A DNA stretch of 64,000 bases from Christensenella sp. UBA1685 (GTDB lineage: Bacteria; Bacillota; Clostridia; Christensenellales; CAG-138). Location: NCBI GenBank assembly GCA_002320595.1, contig DCKB01000008.1, positions 995 through 64,994 on the forward strand, given 5' to 3'. The notes beneath the pieces were generated by a model. It was given only the letters and a program-made list of their open reading frames with translations, ran no database searches and had not been told where the DNA came from. Made by a program: the position numbers and the translations under genes. This document shows, one piece after another, positions 18,742-29,219 of the stretch (position 1 is its first letter; every line of letters starts with the position of its first letter).

Positions 18742-20021
18742 GTTTCTGTCTTTTGGGGCAAGTGGATGGAAACGCGGGTGCCGATCCCCTCTGCGCTCGC
18801 GACCTCAAAATAGCCGCCGTGCTGATCCACAATCCACTTCGCAATGGAAAGGCCAAGCCCGCTTCCGCCCGTCTGGCTGCTTCGCGCCGCATCGCTCCGG
18901 TAAAACCGTTCAAACATGTGCGAAACATCCTTCTGCGCCACGCCGATGCCTTCATCCTGTACGTCAATGCAGGGGCATCCCCTTTCATCTGCGCGCAGGC
19001 GCAGCGTAATCCCGCCTCCTTCCGGCGTATATTTAGCGGCGTTGTCCACAAGAATGCGCACAGCCTGCTTCAGCATAGCAGGATCCGCCAAAACAGCGCA
19101 AGGTCTGTCTATCCTGAGCGCATACGGGTGTTTGTGATCTATCATTTCGGATTCTTCATGGATTTCCTGCAGCATATCGGCAAGCGCAATCTGTTCCGGC
19201 TTGAATTGCTGGCGCCCCATATCTCCGCGCGCCAAAAACAGGAGCTGCTCCACAAGCGTCCTCATGTGGTCTGATTCGGTTTTAATGGCGGCAATGGATT
19301 CATTGAGCACGGTTTCATCATCCTTGCCCCAACGGTCCAGCATGTTCGTGTATCCCTGGATTACCGCGATCGGCGTACGCAATTCATGGCTTGCATCATC
19401 CACAAAGCGCACCTGTTGGCGATAGCTTTCATGCATGCGCTTCATCAAATTGTTGACTGCTGCTTCAAGCCCCGCAAGCTCCGTATCGCCAATGCTCAGC
19501 TTTGCATCCGGCGTTGCGGCATTGATGTGGTAAATCGCATCCTCCAGATCACGGAACTTGCTTTCGTCAAATTGCTGCGCGGAAGCCCGTTCCGCTGCCT
19601 GAGCAATGTCATCAATTGGCTTTAAGTACCGCCGGATCTCCGCCGTACCCGAAGCGCATTTGCATAGCCAGCCAATGATCTGGCAGACAAACACCACGGC
19701 CATCACCGCGGCAAATATGCTGAGGAAACGCCCTGCATCCACGGTGAAGGCCTGTGCCTGTGCGCCGCGCAGCGTGAACGAGTATGTGGCTCCTTGCAGC
19801 ATTTGCCAAAGCGTTCCGCCTTCTCCAAGCGTTATGCTGCGGTCCATCCACAGCGTCCATTTCGCAACGCGCTCCGCTTCCGCAAGGTAGCACCAAAGGC
19901 ACACGGCAAAGACGGCAAGCGCAAGGTCGGATGCAAAAATGCCCCCGAGCTGCTGCAGGCGAAAATGCCGGTTCAACCGCCGGGCAATGGAGGTGGAACG
20001 CGGTTTTTCCGTCTGCTTCAT
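18711..20021 (-). CDS. sensor histidine kinase (two-component system)
   Basis: H-box HELRTPIAVIQGY, N-box VDNAAKYT, G-box GGSGLGLSIAKWIV, and two N-terminal TM helices. Confidence 0.9.
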   Translation of the reverse strand: MKQTEKPRSTSIARRLNRHFRLQQLGGIFASDLALAVFAVCLWCYLAEAERVAKWTLWMDRSITLGEGGTLWQMLQGATYSFTLRGAQAQAFTVDAGRFLSIFAAVMAVVFVCQIIGWLCKCASGTAEIRRYLKPIDDIAQAAERASAQQFDESKFRDLEDAIYHINAATPDAKLSIGDTELAGLEAAVNNLMKRMHESYRQQVRFVDDASHELRTPIAVIQGYTNMLDRWGKDDETVLNESIAAIKTESDHMRTLVEQLLFLARGDMGRQQFKPEQIALADMLQEIHEESEMIDHKHPYALRIDRPCAVLADPAMLKQAVRILVDNAAKYTPEGGGITLRLRADERGCPCIDVQDEGIGVAQKDVSHMFERFYRSDAARSSQTGGSGLGLSIAKWIVDQHGGYFEVASAEGIGTRVSIHLPQKTETQTSASVRSA

Positions 20022-20704
20022 GCCGTCTCATCCTTTATGACATACCCAACGCCCCGCACGGTTTGGATCAGCCTGATGCCGAACGCATCATCGATTTTCT
20101 GACGGAGATATCGAACATACACGTCCACCACATTGGTTTCTCCGATATAATCATAGCTCCACACGCGCGTGAGCAGCGTATCGCGGGAAAGCACGATGTT
20201 TTTGTTTTCAAGCAATGTTTGCAGCAAAGAAAACTCCTTGTTGGTAAGCGCGATCTCCTTGCCCTCGCACGTAACGGTGTGGGATGCAACGTTCATCAGC
20301 ACGCCGCATGCGGAAAGTACGTTCCCTTCCTCCTCCCGTTTTCCGCTGCCCTTTCTCAAGATCACGCGGATGCGCGCAAGCAGTTCCTCAATCGCAAAGG
20401 GTTTTGTAATATAATCGTCCGCGCCCATGTCCAGCCCGCTTACCTTATCCATGACCGCATCACGCGCGGTAAGCATGATGACGGGCATGCTTGAGGATTT
20501 ACGCAGCCGGCGCAGCACCTCCAGCCCGTTGAGCTGCGGCAGCATGATATCCAGCAGCATAAGGTCATACCTGCCGCTTTCCGCCATCTCCAACCCCGCT
20601 CTCCCGTCTGCAGCCTTCCCCGTTTCGTATCCTTCATGCTGTAATTCCAGTTCAATGAAGCGGGCGATTTTTTCTTCATCCTCTACGACAAGAATTTTCG
20701 CCAT
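20018..20704 (-). CDS. OmpR-family response regulator
   Basis: MAKILVVEDEE...LLDIMLP receiver domain plus a winged-helix C-terminus (VDVYVRYLRQKID...IQTVRGVGYVI). Start at ATG 20704 after GGAGG. It overlaps the kinase gene by 4 nt. Confidence 0.9.
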   Translation of the reverse strand: MAKILVVEDEEKIARFIELELQHEGYETGKAADGRAGLEMAESGRYDLMLLDIMLPQLNGLEVLRRLRKSSSMPVIMLTARDAVMDKVSGLDMGADDYITKPFAIEELLARIRVILRKGSGKREEEGNVLSACGVLMNVASHTVTCEGKEIALTNKEFSLLQTLLENKNIVLSRDTLLTRVWSYDYIGETNVVDVYVRYLRQKIDDAFGIRLIQTVRGVGYVIKDETA

Positions 20705-20746
20705 CGGTGCCTCCCCTCCCTTTGCGCGCTGCGCAGCGCCCATGGT

Positions 20747-21295
20747 TTATTGACGCGTTTTATCCTCGTTCATTCCAGATTTGACGCTGGCTTTCAGATC
20801 ATCCGCATATTCCGTGGCTTTTCCCATTGCATCGTTCACATCCTTACGGCCCAAATCCGGCCCTTCAAAGGAATACCGGCATTCACAGAAAAGCCCCACG
20901 ATCATCAACGGAAGAATGAACCAGAAGCCGATGCACAGCAGCAGAATAAGCAGCAGCACGGGAATGCTGATAACCGTTTCACCACGCCGTTGCGCAACGA
21001 AATGGTTTTGCATTCCCTTTCGGATCAACCTGCAAAAGCCGTTCCAAAATTCATCCCATCCACTGTGATCGCTTTTGTTTGCACCCGGGCTTTCCTGCCG
21101 CGTGCCTTTGTTCTCCTTTTCAGGCTCCGTCGTGCAGCGTGCTGTGCCCTGCCCGCCGTGAACCTTGCCCTGACGCTCCAGCTCAATCAATGCATCCAAC
21201 ATGTCCCAATTGTTGTTCTCAAGCGCCTGCTTTGCTTCCGCATAGCTGACATTCGCTTTCTCCATCAGTTTTTCAACCATCTCGATGTGTTCCAT
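20747..21295 (-). CDS. membrane protein with an N-terminal UBA/TS-N-like domain (DUF4342-like)
   Basis: VSYAEAKQALENNNWDMLDALIELE resembles the EF-Ts-type UBA fold. It is followed by ...RRGETVISIPVLLLILLLCIGFWFILPLMIVGLF. Start at MEHIEM, after GGAGGAAAAAAC. Confidence 0.55.
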   Translation of the reverse strand: MEHIEMVEKLMEKANVSYAEAKQALENNNWDMLDALIELERQGKVHGGQGTARCTTEPEKENKGTRQESPGANKSDHSGWDEFWNGFCRLIRKGMQNHFVAQRRGETVISIPVLLLILLLCIGFWFILPLMIVGLFCECRYSFEGPDLGRKDVNDAMGKATEYADDLKASVKSGMNEDKTRQ

Positions 21296-21437
21296 CGTTT
21301 TTTCCTCCTTGCTTTCATCCTGCAGCACATTTCCCGTCCGCATGATGACAGGATAACAGCGGGGAATTAAAGCTATCCCGTAAGGCAGATTAGAAAAGGA
21401 TTAAACTTTCCGTTTATTATAGCATGCCGTCCGATGC

Positions 21438-21468
21438 ACAAAAAGAGGCTATGGGTGTCCATAGCCTC
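21438..21468 (-). terminator. intrinsic terminator after the lipoprotein gene
   Basis: The minus strand reads GAGGCTATGG-acac-CCATAGCCTC followed by TTTTTG. Confidence 0.65.
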
Positions 21469-21475
21469 CCGGTTC

Positions 21476-22033
21476 TTATTCAGCAGTAACATCCGGCCTG
21501 ATGCCAAACGCTTCGTCAAACATGAATTCCAAAGGTTTGTCGGTCAGCACAATATCGGTATCAATCTGCGCGAAAACAGTGGTCTCTCCGGGTGCAAGCA
21601 CAAGGACGTATTGCCCATCCCGTGTTTGAAGCTGGCTCCCTGCAATTTCAGCGCCGCCTGCCTCTTCAAAAAAGTGTACATCCACCGCGCAGACCAACGT
21701 TTCCGGATAAGAATTCACCGCCACTGCATCCAGGAAGGTATCCTCTGCCTGCTCGTACACCTGGATCATCTCAAAAGAGACGTACTGTGTATAATGCAGG
21801 CTTGAGCTCACGAAACGCCCGAGCGCATCAAATTCCGGTGTGGCTGTGGGCGTAGGCTCCGGAGTTGGAATGGGTTCCGGCGTGGGTTCGGGCGTAGGTT
21901 CCGGCGTCGACGTAGGCAAGGTATATTCCGGCAAAAGCACCGGGCGCTCGCGGACGCAGCCGGAAACCGCGCCCATGCACAGCAGGAGCGCAAGCAGCAG
22001 GGTCCCGGCCTTACGCTTTGATCTCATCGTCAT
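21476..22033 (-). CDS. lipoprotein with a Pro/Thr/Glu-rich linker (hypothetical)
   Basis: Signal peptide plus lipobox (LLLCMGAVSGC), then a TPEPTPEPTPEPIPTPEPTPT linker. Confidence 0.65.
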   Translation of the reverse strand: MTMRSKRKAGTLLLALLLCMGAVSGCVRERPVLLPEYTLPTSTPEPTPEPTPEPIPTPEPTPTATPEFDALGRFVSSSLHYTQYVSFEMIQVYEQAEDTFLDAVAVNSYPETLVCAVDVHFFEEAGGAEIAGSQLQTRDGQYVLVLAPGETTVFAQIDTDIVLTDKPLEFMFDEAFGIRPDVTAE

Positions 22034-23474
22034 TCTGCTTCTTATTCTCCCGGATCAACTTTTGTTTCAGATCATATAACCCATCCGACATATCCACCTT
22101 GTATACATGTGGGTTAAGCAGCCTGCGGTATTCTTCCCAGAATGTCGCAAGCTCCTTCTGCGCATATGCCCGGATTTCCTCAATCGAGGGCAGCTCGTAT
22201 ACCTGTTTTCCGTCGATAAAAATCGGCACAAGCATCTCGCGCACGGTAAAATCCCGCAGGACCTTGGTTTTGTAGCTTTGTTCGGGATGGTAAATACGCA
22301 AAGGCTTTGTTGCGTCAATCTCTTCCCCTTCAAGGGCAATCAGGTCTGCAAGCGCCATGCCGCATTTTGTATACAGGCGCAGAACCTTCTTATATCCCGG
22401 GTTCGTCATCTTCACAACGTTTTCGCTGAGCTTGATCTTTGGAATCAGTTTCCCATCCACAATCTCAGCCGCCATTTTATATACGCCGCCCAACGCCGGG
22501 CAATCCAGGGAGGTAATAAGCTTCGTGCCCACGGCCCAAATGTCGATCTTAGCCCCCTGCGCCTTCAGGTCACGGATCACCGTTTCATCCAGATCGCCCG
22601 ATGCAAGGATTTTTACATCGGAATGCCCTGCTTCATCCAACATGGCGCGGGCACGTTTGGAAAGATACGCCAGATCGCCCGAATCCAACCGGATGCCGAC
22701 GGGTTTATAGCCCTTGGCCTTCAGCTCGTTAAAAACGGTAATTGCATTGGGCACTCCGCTGCGCAGCGTATCATAGGTGTCCACAAGCAGCGTGCACGCG
22801 GCCGGGAACGTTTCTGCATAGGCGCGGAACGCATCCAGCTCGCTTGGGAAGCTCATCACCCAGCTATGCGCATGGGTGCCTTTGAGGGCCACATTATACA
22901 TTTGCCCGGTAAACACGTTGCTCGTTCCGCTGCACCCGCCGATTACTGCGGCGCGCGCACCATAAATACCGGCATCCGGCCCTTGCGCACGGCGGAGTCC
23001 GAATTCCATGACCTCATCCCCCTGCGCTGCATATGCAACGCGGCTTGCCTTTGTTGCAATCAGCGTTTGGTGGTTTACAAGGTTTAAAAGCGCTGTTTCT
23101 ACAAGCTGCGCCTGCATAATCGGCGCTTTCACGCGGAGCAGCGGTTCATAGGGAAATACAACGGTGCCTTCCTTCATGGCATAGATTTCCCCCGTGAAGC
23201 GCAATTCCAGGAGCATGCTCAGGAATGCTTCGTCAAACAGGTTCAGCGAACGAAGGTATGCGATATCATCCTCTGTAAAGTGCAGGTTGTTGATGTATTC
23301 CACAACGGATTCCGTGCCCGCCATCATCGCATAAGCGCTGTTTTCGCGCTCGCGGAAAAACAGATCGAACACCGCTTCGTTTTGGGTCATGCCATGTTTA
23401 AAGTATCCATACATCATCGTAAGCTGGTACAGATCCGTCATCATGGTCAGGTTGCGTGGCTGAAAGCAAGTCAT
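22011..23474 (-). CDS. pncB: nicotinate phosphoribosyltransferase
   Basis: A 487-aa protein with an N-terminus ...MMTDLYQLTMMYGYF and overall similarity to Firmicutes PncB. GGAG lies 8 nt upstream. Confidence 0.9.
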   Translation of the reverse strand: MTCFQPRNLTMMTDLYQLTMMYGYFKHGMTQNEAVFDLFFRERENSAYAMMAGTESVVEYINNLHFTEDDIAYLRSLNLFDEAFLSMLLELRFTGEIYAMKEGTVVFPYEPLLRVKAPIMQAQLVETALLNLVNHQTLIATKASRVAYAAQGDEVMEFGLRRAQGPDAGIYGARAAVIGGCSGTSNVFTGQMYNVALKGTHAHSWVMSFPSELDAFRAYAETFPAACTLLVDTYDTLRSGVPNAITVFNELKAKGYKPVGIRLDSGDLAYLSKRARAMLDEAGHSDVKILASGDLDETVIRDLKAQGAKIDIWAVGTKLITSLDCPALGGVYKMAAEIVDGKLIPKIKLSENVVKMTNPGYKKVLRLYTKCGMALADLIALEGEEIDATKPLRIYHPEQSYKTKVLRDFTVREMLVPIFIDGKQVYELPSIEEIRAYAQKELATFWEEYRRLLNPHVYKVDMSDGLYDLKQKLIRENKKQNDDEIKA

Positions 23475-23476
23475 AA

Positions 23477-24511
23477 TTACTGCTCCGTTTCTTTTTCGTT
23501 TGTTTTATCCTCATCCTGAGGCTCGTCCGCCTTTTCAGGAGTTTCATCCGTGGGTTTGCCGGCTTCGTCGATCGCTTCGTCGGCCGCTTCTTCGCTGTAT
23601 TCCGCCTCAATGCACGGTTCTTCCGGCTTGGGCCAGATCAGCATGCCAAGCTTTTTCTCTCTGCGCCAACGCACAAGCGCAAACACAATCACTGCAATTA
23701 CAAGCACGATGCTAAGCAGCTGTGAAACCCGGATGCCGCCGGAAAGCCAGGAAACCGTATCCGGTTGGATCAGCCAGAGGCTGTCCCCCCGCAGGCCTTC
23801 CACAAACATGCGCTCAAACGCATATAGCCCTGCATAATAAAGCATCATGTCGCCATCGTGCTTAAACTTCTTGCGGCAGGTCCAGAGTACGAGGAAGATG
23901 ATGAAGCACCAGATGGATTCATAAAAAAATGTGGCGAGATGCAGGTGGACGCCGTTCGCACCGGTAACGCAGGCCGTGCAGACCGCTTCGTTAAAATAAT
24001 GCGTTCCTTCAATGCCAACCGCGAGCGGAAAGTACTGCAACGCCGGGAATTGCGCGATCATCCGTGCGGTAATCGGCAGGCCGAACGCCTCCTGATTAAA
24101 GAAGTTTCCCCACCGGCCGATGGCCTGTGCAAGCGCAAGCCCCGGCATGATGCAATCCGCAAGCTTCAGGAAGCGCACCTTTCGCACGCGGGAAAACACA
24201 AACGCTCCCAACAGGCCAAAGATCACCGCGCCATAAATGGCAAGGCCACCTTCCCAGATATAAAGGATGCTGATCGGGTTCTGCAAATAGCGGTCCAAAT
24301 GGAACAGCACATAATACAGACGCGCGCCGACCACACCGCACGGAATAATGACAAGGCACATATCGATGATGATGTCCGCAGGGAGTTTTTTGCGTTTTTC
24401 CTCCCGATTTGCCAAAAGTACAGCCAGAATAATGCCGACTGCCATCAGCACCCCGTACCAGTAGATATCTTTCCCGAATAGCGTAAACGCTACCCTGTCC
24501 GGAATTGTCAT
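23477..24511 (-). CDS. lgt: prolipoprotein diacylglyceryl transferase with an acidic C-terminal tail
   Basis: IYWYGVLMAVGI..., ...AIGRWGNFFNQEAFG (Lgt signature). About 60 extra acidic residues at the C-terminus. Confidence 0.9.
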   Translation of the reverse strand: MTIPDRVAFTLFGKDIYWYGVLMAVGIILAVLLANREEKRKKLPADIIIDMCLVIIPCGVVGARLYYVLFHLDRYLQNPISILYIWEGGLAIYGAVIFGLLGAFVFSRVRKVRFLKLADCIMPGLALAQAIGRWGNFFNQEAFGLPITARMIAQFPALQYFPLAVGIEGTHYFNEAVCTACVTGANGVHLHLATFFYESIWCFIIFLVLWTCRKKFKHDGDMMLYYAGLYAFERMFVEGLRGDSLWLIQPDTVSWLSGGIRVSQLLSIVLVIAVIVFALVRWRREKKLGMLIWPKPEEPCIEAEYSEEAADEAIDEAGKPTDETPEKADEPQDEDKTNEKETEQ

Positions 24512-24591
24512 GAAACGTATCCTCCTGAAATCGTAGTTCCCCTAAAGCTTGATTATACCGCAGTTTTCAAAAATATGGAAGCATGCGCACA

Positions 24592-25797
24592 CTAATGCCG
24601 CGCAAACGGCGTAAAATCGTCCTTTTCCGTGTGAGCAAAGCCAAGCGTGCTCATGCGGCGCACGATGTCGAAACCAAATTTGTCCCGCAGCGTGTCCGTC
24701 GCTTCATCCAGCGCCCGCATGCGTACATGGCGCGCCGCATCAAACAATGAAAGCTGCTCGGCTTCCCTCGTAAGCCGCCCAAAAGAAACGCCGATCTGCC
24801 GCACCGCACGGCCACGATGCAGCGCAAGTGCGAGCGGCCGCAGGACGCCGTAAAGCTCATCCGTCACATCCGTCGCACGCGGCAGCGTCTTTTGTGCGCT
24901 TTCATATTGCAAATCCGTATACCGCAGGTGCACGCCTGCCACGCATGCGCGCAGCCCCGCATGCCGCAGGCGATACGCAGTTTGTTCTGTTTGCCGCAAA
25001 AGCGCCGCGCACACCGCAGCATCCCCGCAGGCATCCCGTTCAAGGGTGGTGGAATGGCTCACGGACTTCTGTTGCTCCGGCTCGCTGATAAGCCGCGTAT
25101 CGTCCCGTCCGTTGGCACGCTCCCACATGGCATGCCCGTTTACGCCGAACAATGCCCGAAGCGCCGCCTCATCCTGCCGCGCCAGATCCCCAATCGTCTG
25201 AACGCCCATAGCGCGCAGGCGCCTTGCGCTTGAGCGGCCTATGTACATCAGGCTTTCCACCGGCAGCGGCCACATGAGCCGCTCCCAATTCTCTGCATTC
25301 ACCACAGTTACCGCATCCGGTTTTTTGTAATCGCTGCCCATCTTGGCCATAATCATGTTGTCCCCCACCCCTACGGAAACGGTAAGGGAAAGCTCCTGTT
25401 TCACCCGCTCGCGGATGGCATGGGCAGCTGTCTCCGGCGCGCCGAAAAGATGTTCACACCCGTTATAATCAACATAGGATTCATCGATCCCATAGCGCAT
25501 CGTTACCGGGGAATAGCTCCGGATAATTTGCATGAACGCCTCAGAATATTCGGTATACCGGGCATATTCCGGCGGCACAAGCACGGCGTTTGGATACAGG
25601 GAGAGTGCCTGCCACACCGGCATGCCTGCACGCACGCCCCGGCGCTTGACCGGATATGTTGCTGCAAGCACAATGCCATGCCGCTTCTTTGGGTCTCCGC
25701 ATACGATGAGCGGTGTTTCAGCCGTGTACTTTCCGCCGCTGTCCGCCACGGCACAGCTTGCATAAAACGAGTTCAGATCTACGTGCAGAATACTCAT
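24592..25797 (-). CDS. dinB: DNA polymerase IV
   Basis: MSILHVDLNSFYASCAV, ...GIDESYVD, Y-family polymerase motifs. Start taken at ATG 25797 rather than the longer track ORF. Confidence 0.9.
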   Translation of the reverse strand: MSILHVDLNSFYASCAVADSGGKYTAETPLIVCGDPKKRHGIVLAATYPVKRRGVRAGMPVWQALSLYPNAVLVPPEYARYTEYSEAFMQIIRSYSPVTMRYGIDESYVDYNGCEHLFGAPETAAHAIRERVKQELSLTVSVGVGDNMIMAKMGSDYKKPDAVTVVNAENWERLMWPLPVESLMYIGRSSARRLRAMGVQTIGDLARQDEAALRALFGVNGHAMWERANGRDDTRLISEPEQQKSVSHSTTLERDACGDAAVCAALLRQTEQTAYRLRHAGLRACVAGVHLRYTDLQYESAQKTLPRATDVTDELYGVLRPLALALHRGRAVRQIGVSFGRLTREAEQLSLFDAARHVRMRALDEATDTLRDKFGFDIVRRMSTLGFAHTEKDDFTPFARH

Positions 25798-25905
25798 TGT
25801 TGTTCCTTTTATGCGCCGGAACAAATGTTCTGTTTTTATTATAGCACTTCTGCACGGGTTGTAAAGCGGAATATTATAGGTTGCTTTTTGCGGCAAGCGG
25901 CAGCG

Positions 25906-28677
25906 TTACGGCACGATACCGTTGACCTGTGCAAGCGTCTCTGGCGCTGCGGAATCCTGCTTGTTGAAATAATAAGTATAGATCTCCTCCGCCGCCGATA
26001 TGCTCCATGCCCCGGAAAAGCCGTTCGGGACGCAGGATACAATCACGATCTCCGGATCTTCGCGCGGCGCATATGTGACGAACCACGAGGTGGTTTCAAT
26101 ATCAATTGAGGCAAGGCCAATCTGCGCGGAGCCCGTTTTTCCCGTGATCCTGTCAAGGTACTTTTCCATAAATTCCTCGGAGAACTTATCGGACGCAGTA
26201 CCTTGATCCTCCAGCGACACAACGCCTTTCATGCCTTCCTTGATAGCAGCCCAAAGTTTGTCCCATTCCGCAGAATCGTTGCCAATCGTGTTTACGATAA
26301 CAGGCTCCGTATCCATTACAACGTTGCCGTCTGCATCAATCACGCGGTCAACAATATGTGCTTCATATACCGTGCCCTCGTTTGCAATCGCAGAGATATA
26401 CCGTGCGACAGCAATGGGCGTAACGAGCGTTGTGCCCTGGCCAAACCCTGCGCGGATGGTCTGCGTCGGCTTCCACTGAATCTCGTTCAAAAGCGACACG
26501 ATCTCACTCGTCCAGGTCTGCGTCTGCGTATAGCCTTCCGGGATGCCGATTTCTTCGCTGATGATGCGGCGAATCTCCGGGCCTTTGCCATCCAAACCGT
26601 TTCCGTCCTGAATCTGCATCAGGCGCAGCGCGCAGGAGCTTACGGCATCCTCGTCAATCTCCATCATGCGTTTGTCCATGCATTCACGCAGAAGGGTGCA
26701 AAGCCGGCGATAAATCAGGGATGGAAGGCTTGTTTTCTGTGCGGTGATACTCAGCTTCCCTTCCGCATCGAGCAGCGTGTTGTCAAACAGCACAGACTGC
26801 CCGCCGCAGATGCCTGTGGACTCTCCCGGAAGTTCAATCCCCGTTTTGCTCGTGAGGCCGAATTTGCCTGCCCACTCGTTCAACGTATCAATGCCCATGC
26901 GATATGCAACCTCGCAAAAGTAGTAGTTGCAGGATTGGGCAAGCGCTTGGGTAAGCGTCAAATTTGCGTGCTCCTCATGATAGCGCTTCCAGCAATGCGG
27001 CGCATTTGTTTTAATTACATTCGCGTTTCCGTTCTCATCCGTCGTATGGATATAATAGTATCCGCCGTCCCCGCGGTCGTTTACCGCCTCGTCGATCTGG
27101 ACTACGCCTTCGGAAACGCCTGCAACCCCCGTGACCATCTTGAAAATGGAGCCCGGTGCAATCTTAAGGGAGATCGCCTTGTTGCGCATAGGCGTGGTTT
27201 CCGCGTCGTTGATGTATTCCGCCTGTTCCTCCGTGAGCCCCTGTATGAACCAGTTGGGGTCAAAGCCCGGATAGGAGGCCATTGCAAGCACGTCACCCGT
27301 GCGCGGGTCCATCGCTACGATCGCACCGGTTTTTGCAGTTTCGATCGTATCGAGTTTATCGTCATATTTGCTTGTCTTGCCTTTTGCTTCTTCTTCAGCG
27401 ATGTCATTGAGCATATACGCCATCTCATCCGCGCTGAGTTTATGGATGAGCTTTTCCAACGCCGCTTCCACAACTGCCTGCAGTTCAATGTCGATGGTCA
27501 GTGACACGTCGCTGCCGTTCGTGGCATTGGTCTGCGCAAGCTCACGGATCACACTGCCGTTCTTGTTGATTTCAACCTCTTTTGCTCCCTGATGCGCCTT
27601 TGTTGCGCCTGTAAGGTAGGCTTCCATCGTGGATTCTATTCCGGAAACACCCACATAATCGCTGTAGGAATACGCAAGGCCGGAGCTGCTTGTCATGTCG
27701 ATTACATGGTTGCCGCTCTCGTCGTAAACATACACAATATTGCCGTCTTCATCCCGTTTGGGGATTGTGTTGCCTTCCTCATCCGTTGTCGTTTCGTATT
27801 TATAGAGCGGCTCCAGTTCTTCAATCGTGTATCCCTTTGCAAGCAGGGTATTCACGCTCACGGTATCCGCCGTGCGGGAAAGATAGCCCACGATATGCCC
27901 CGCCGTCTCGCCGCGGGGGTAGACGCGCGTCGTGCTCTGCGATACCTGAACGCCGACCAGCTCATCGCTGTGCTGCTTGATTTCCGCCACAACATCAAAA
28001 TCCACGTCATACGCAATTGTGACGGGTTCATACGCCCTGTAGTTGTTGAGGCTTACTTCCTGGCGAATTGCAATGATTTTGTTTGCCTGCTCGAATGTGT
28101 ATTCCTCCGGAATAAACCAGGCGCGGCGCAGGTAATTGTACGCATATTCCGCCGTAGGCCACTTGGAGATGTCCCATTTGGAGGAATCCTTGGGATATGC
28201 CTTATAATTCGGGTCGCGGCGCTGGATATTAAGGCCTACGGCTTCGCAGAAATTCTTATAGCGCGCGCGGATCGCCGCTTCGCTCGTTACGCCCCAATCG
28301 TAAACGATCTCTCCGGATTCATCCATCGCAAGGTAGGAAGTATCAATGGTTGTTCCGCCGCTTTGCTCAATAATGTTAATCGCCTTGATCAGGGATTCCG
28401 TGTATACAGCGGAATCGTAATCCGTCCGGCTGTCCGCATCGCGCAGGAACTCAACATTGTAGCAGGTTTCGCTGTATGCAAGCACAACGCCGTTGCGGTC
28501 CAGAATACGCCCGCGTTCCCCCTTTAAGGCGATCGTACGCACCTTGCGGCCCGCCGCTTCCTCAGACCAGGTCTGTCCTTCCGCAATTGTAAGCGTTCCC
28601 AGCCGGTATACCAAAGCGCCCATCATGCCCAGCATCAGGACGGCAACGATTAAAAAGCGCCCAATTGGTCTTTTCAT
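25906..28677 (-). CDS. mrdA: penicillin-binding protein 2 (class B transpeptidase, elongasome)
   Basis: N-terminal TM anchor, RGRILDRNG dimerisation-domain motif, SIFK (SxxK), SCN (SxN) and KTGS (KTG). It lies immediately downstream of mreBCD. Confidence 0.88.
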   Translation of the reverse strand: MKRPIGRFLIVAVLMLGMMGALVYRLGTLTIAEGQTWSEEAAGRKVRTIALKGERGRILDRNGVVLAYSETCYNVEFLRDADSRTDYDSAVYTESLIKAINIIEQSGGTTIDTSYLAMDESGEIVYDWGVTSEAAIRARYKNFCEAVGLNIQRRDPNYKAYPKDSSKWDISKWPTAEYAYNYLRRAWFIPEEYTFEQANKIIAIRQEVSLNNYRAYEPVTIAYDVDFDVVAEIKQHSDELVGVQVSQSTTRVYPRGETAGHIVGYLSRTADTVSVNTLLAKGYTIEELEPLYKYETTTDEEGNTIPKRDEDGNIVYVYDESGNHVIDMTSSSGLAYSYSDYVGVSGIESTMEAYLTGATKAHQGAKEVEINKNGSVIRELAQTNATNGSDVSLTIDIELQAVVEAALEKLIHKLSADEMAYMLNDIAEEEAKGKTSKYDDKLDTIETAKTGAIVAMDPRTGDVLAMASYPGFDPNWFIQGLTEEQAEYINDAETTPMRNKAISLKIAPGSIFKMVTGVAGVSEGVVQIDEAVNDRGDGGYYYIHTTDENGNANVIKTNAPHCWKRYHEEHANLTLTQALAQSCNYYFCEVAYRMGIDTLNEWAGKFGLTSKTGIELPGESTGICGGQSVLFDNTLLDAEGKLSITAQKTSLPSLIYRRLCTLLRECMDKRMMEIDEDAVSSCALRLMQIQDGNGLDGKGPEIRRIISEEIGIPEGYTQTQTWTSEIVSLLNEIQWKPTQTIRAGFGQGTTLVTPIAVARYISAIANEGTVYEAHIVDRVIDADGNVVMDTEPVIVNTIGNDSAEWDKLWAAIKEGMKGVVSLEDQGTASDKFSEEFMEKYLDRITGKTGSAQIGLASIDIETTSWFVTYAPREDPEIVIVSCVPNGFSGAWSISAAEEIYTYYFNKQDSAAPETLAQVNGIVP

Positions 28678-28707
28678 GGTTTCTGTTTCATCCTCCAGTA
28701 CAGGCGC

Positions 28708-29217
28708 TCAAGCCCGGCCGGCGCGGTGCTCCGTCCGAACCTGGCGCGCAAGCGCGCGCTTGAGGATGACATGCACGGGCATTGTAAGCGCTACAGTCAG
28801 CAGCATGGAGGGCAGCACATACGCGCCCACCATCTCCGCATAAGAAAACGTCCCGCCGGAAAGCCGCACGGCCAACATCATGATGTGCTCCTTTAAGAGC
28901 GCGCTGACAGCCGCAACCCCAGCCGGGACAATCACATTATCTGCATAAAACTTCTGGTAAAACATTCCGCCTGCCGCGCCGGCAACCATGTAAGCAATGG
29001 CGGAAAGGCCCACGCATTTCCCAAACAGCACGTCCATAAACAGCCCGATTCCGACGCCCAACAGGCCTCCTTTTACGCTCCCCAACAAAACGCCGGCGGA
29101 TACGACCACCGCAAGGAGGGCATCCGGCCGGATGCCGCTGATGTTCAGCCTGCAAAACAGAATTGAATCCAAATAAATGCCGATGAGGAGCGCAATCGGC
29201 AAGGCTGCCCTTCGCAT
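28708..29217 (-). CDS. mreD: rod shape-determining protein MreD
   Basis: 169-aa polytopic membrane protein directly after mreC, with GGAGG upstream. Confidence 0.8.
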   Translation of the reverse strand: MRRAALPIALLIGIYLDSILFCRLNISGIRPDALLAVVVSAGVLLGSVKGGLLGVGIGLFMDVLFGKCVGLSAIAYMVAGAAGGMFYQKFYADNVIVPAGVAAVSALLKEHIMMLAVRLSGGTFSYAEMVGAYVLPSMLLTVALTMPVHVILKRALARQVRTEHRAGRA

Positions 29218-29219
29218 GC

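Noticed and set aside
21838-21915. Short tandem repeats of about 12 nt (GGTTCCGGCGTG-like), checked as a possible CRISPR or minisatellite
   Set aside because: They lie inside a CDS and encode the (PEPT)n linker of the lipoprotein. There is no spacer structure.
26203-28527. 433-aa and 311-aa + strand ORFs
   Set aside because: They are antisense to the PBP2 gene and are not supported by any motif or ribosome-binding site.
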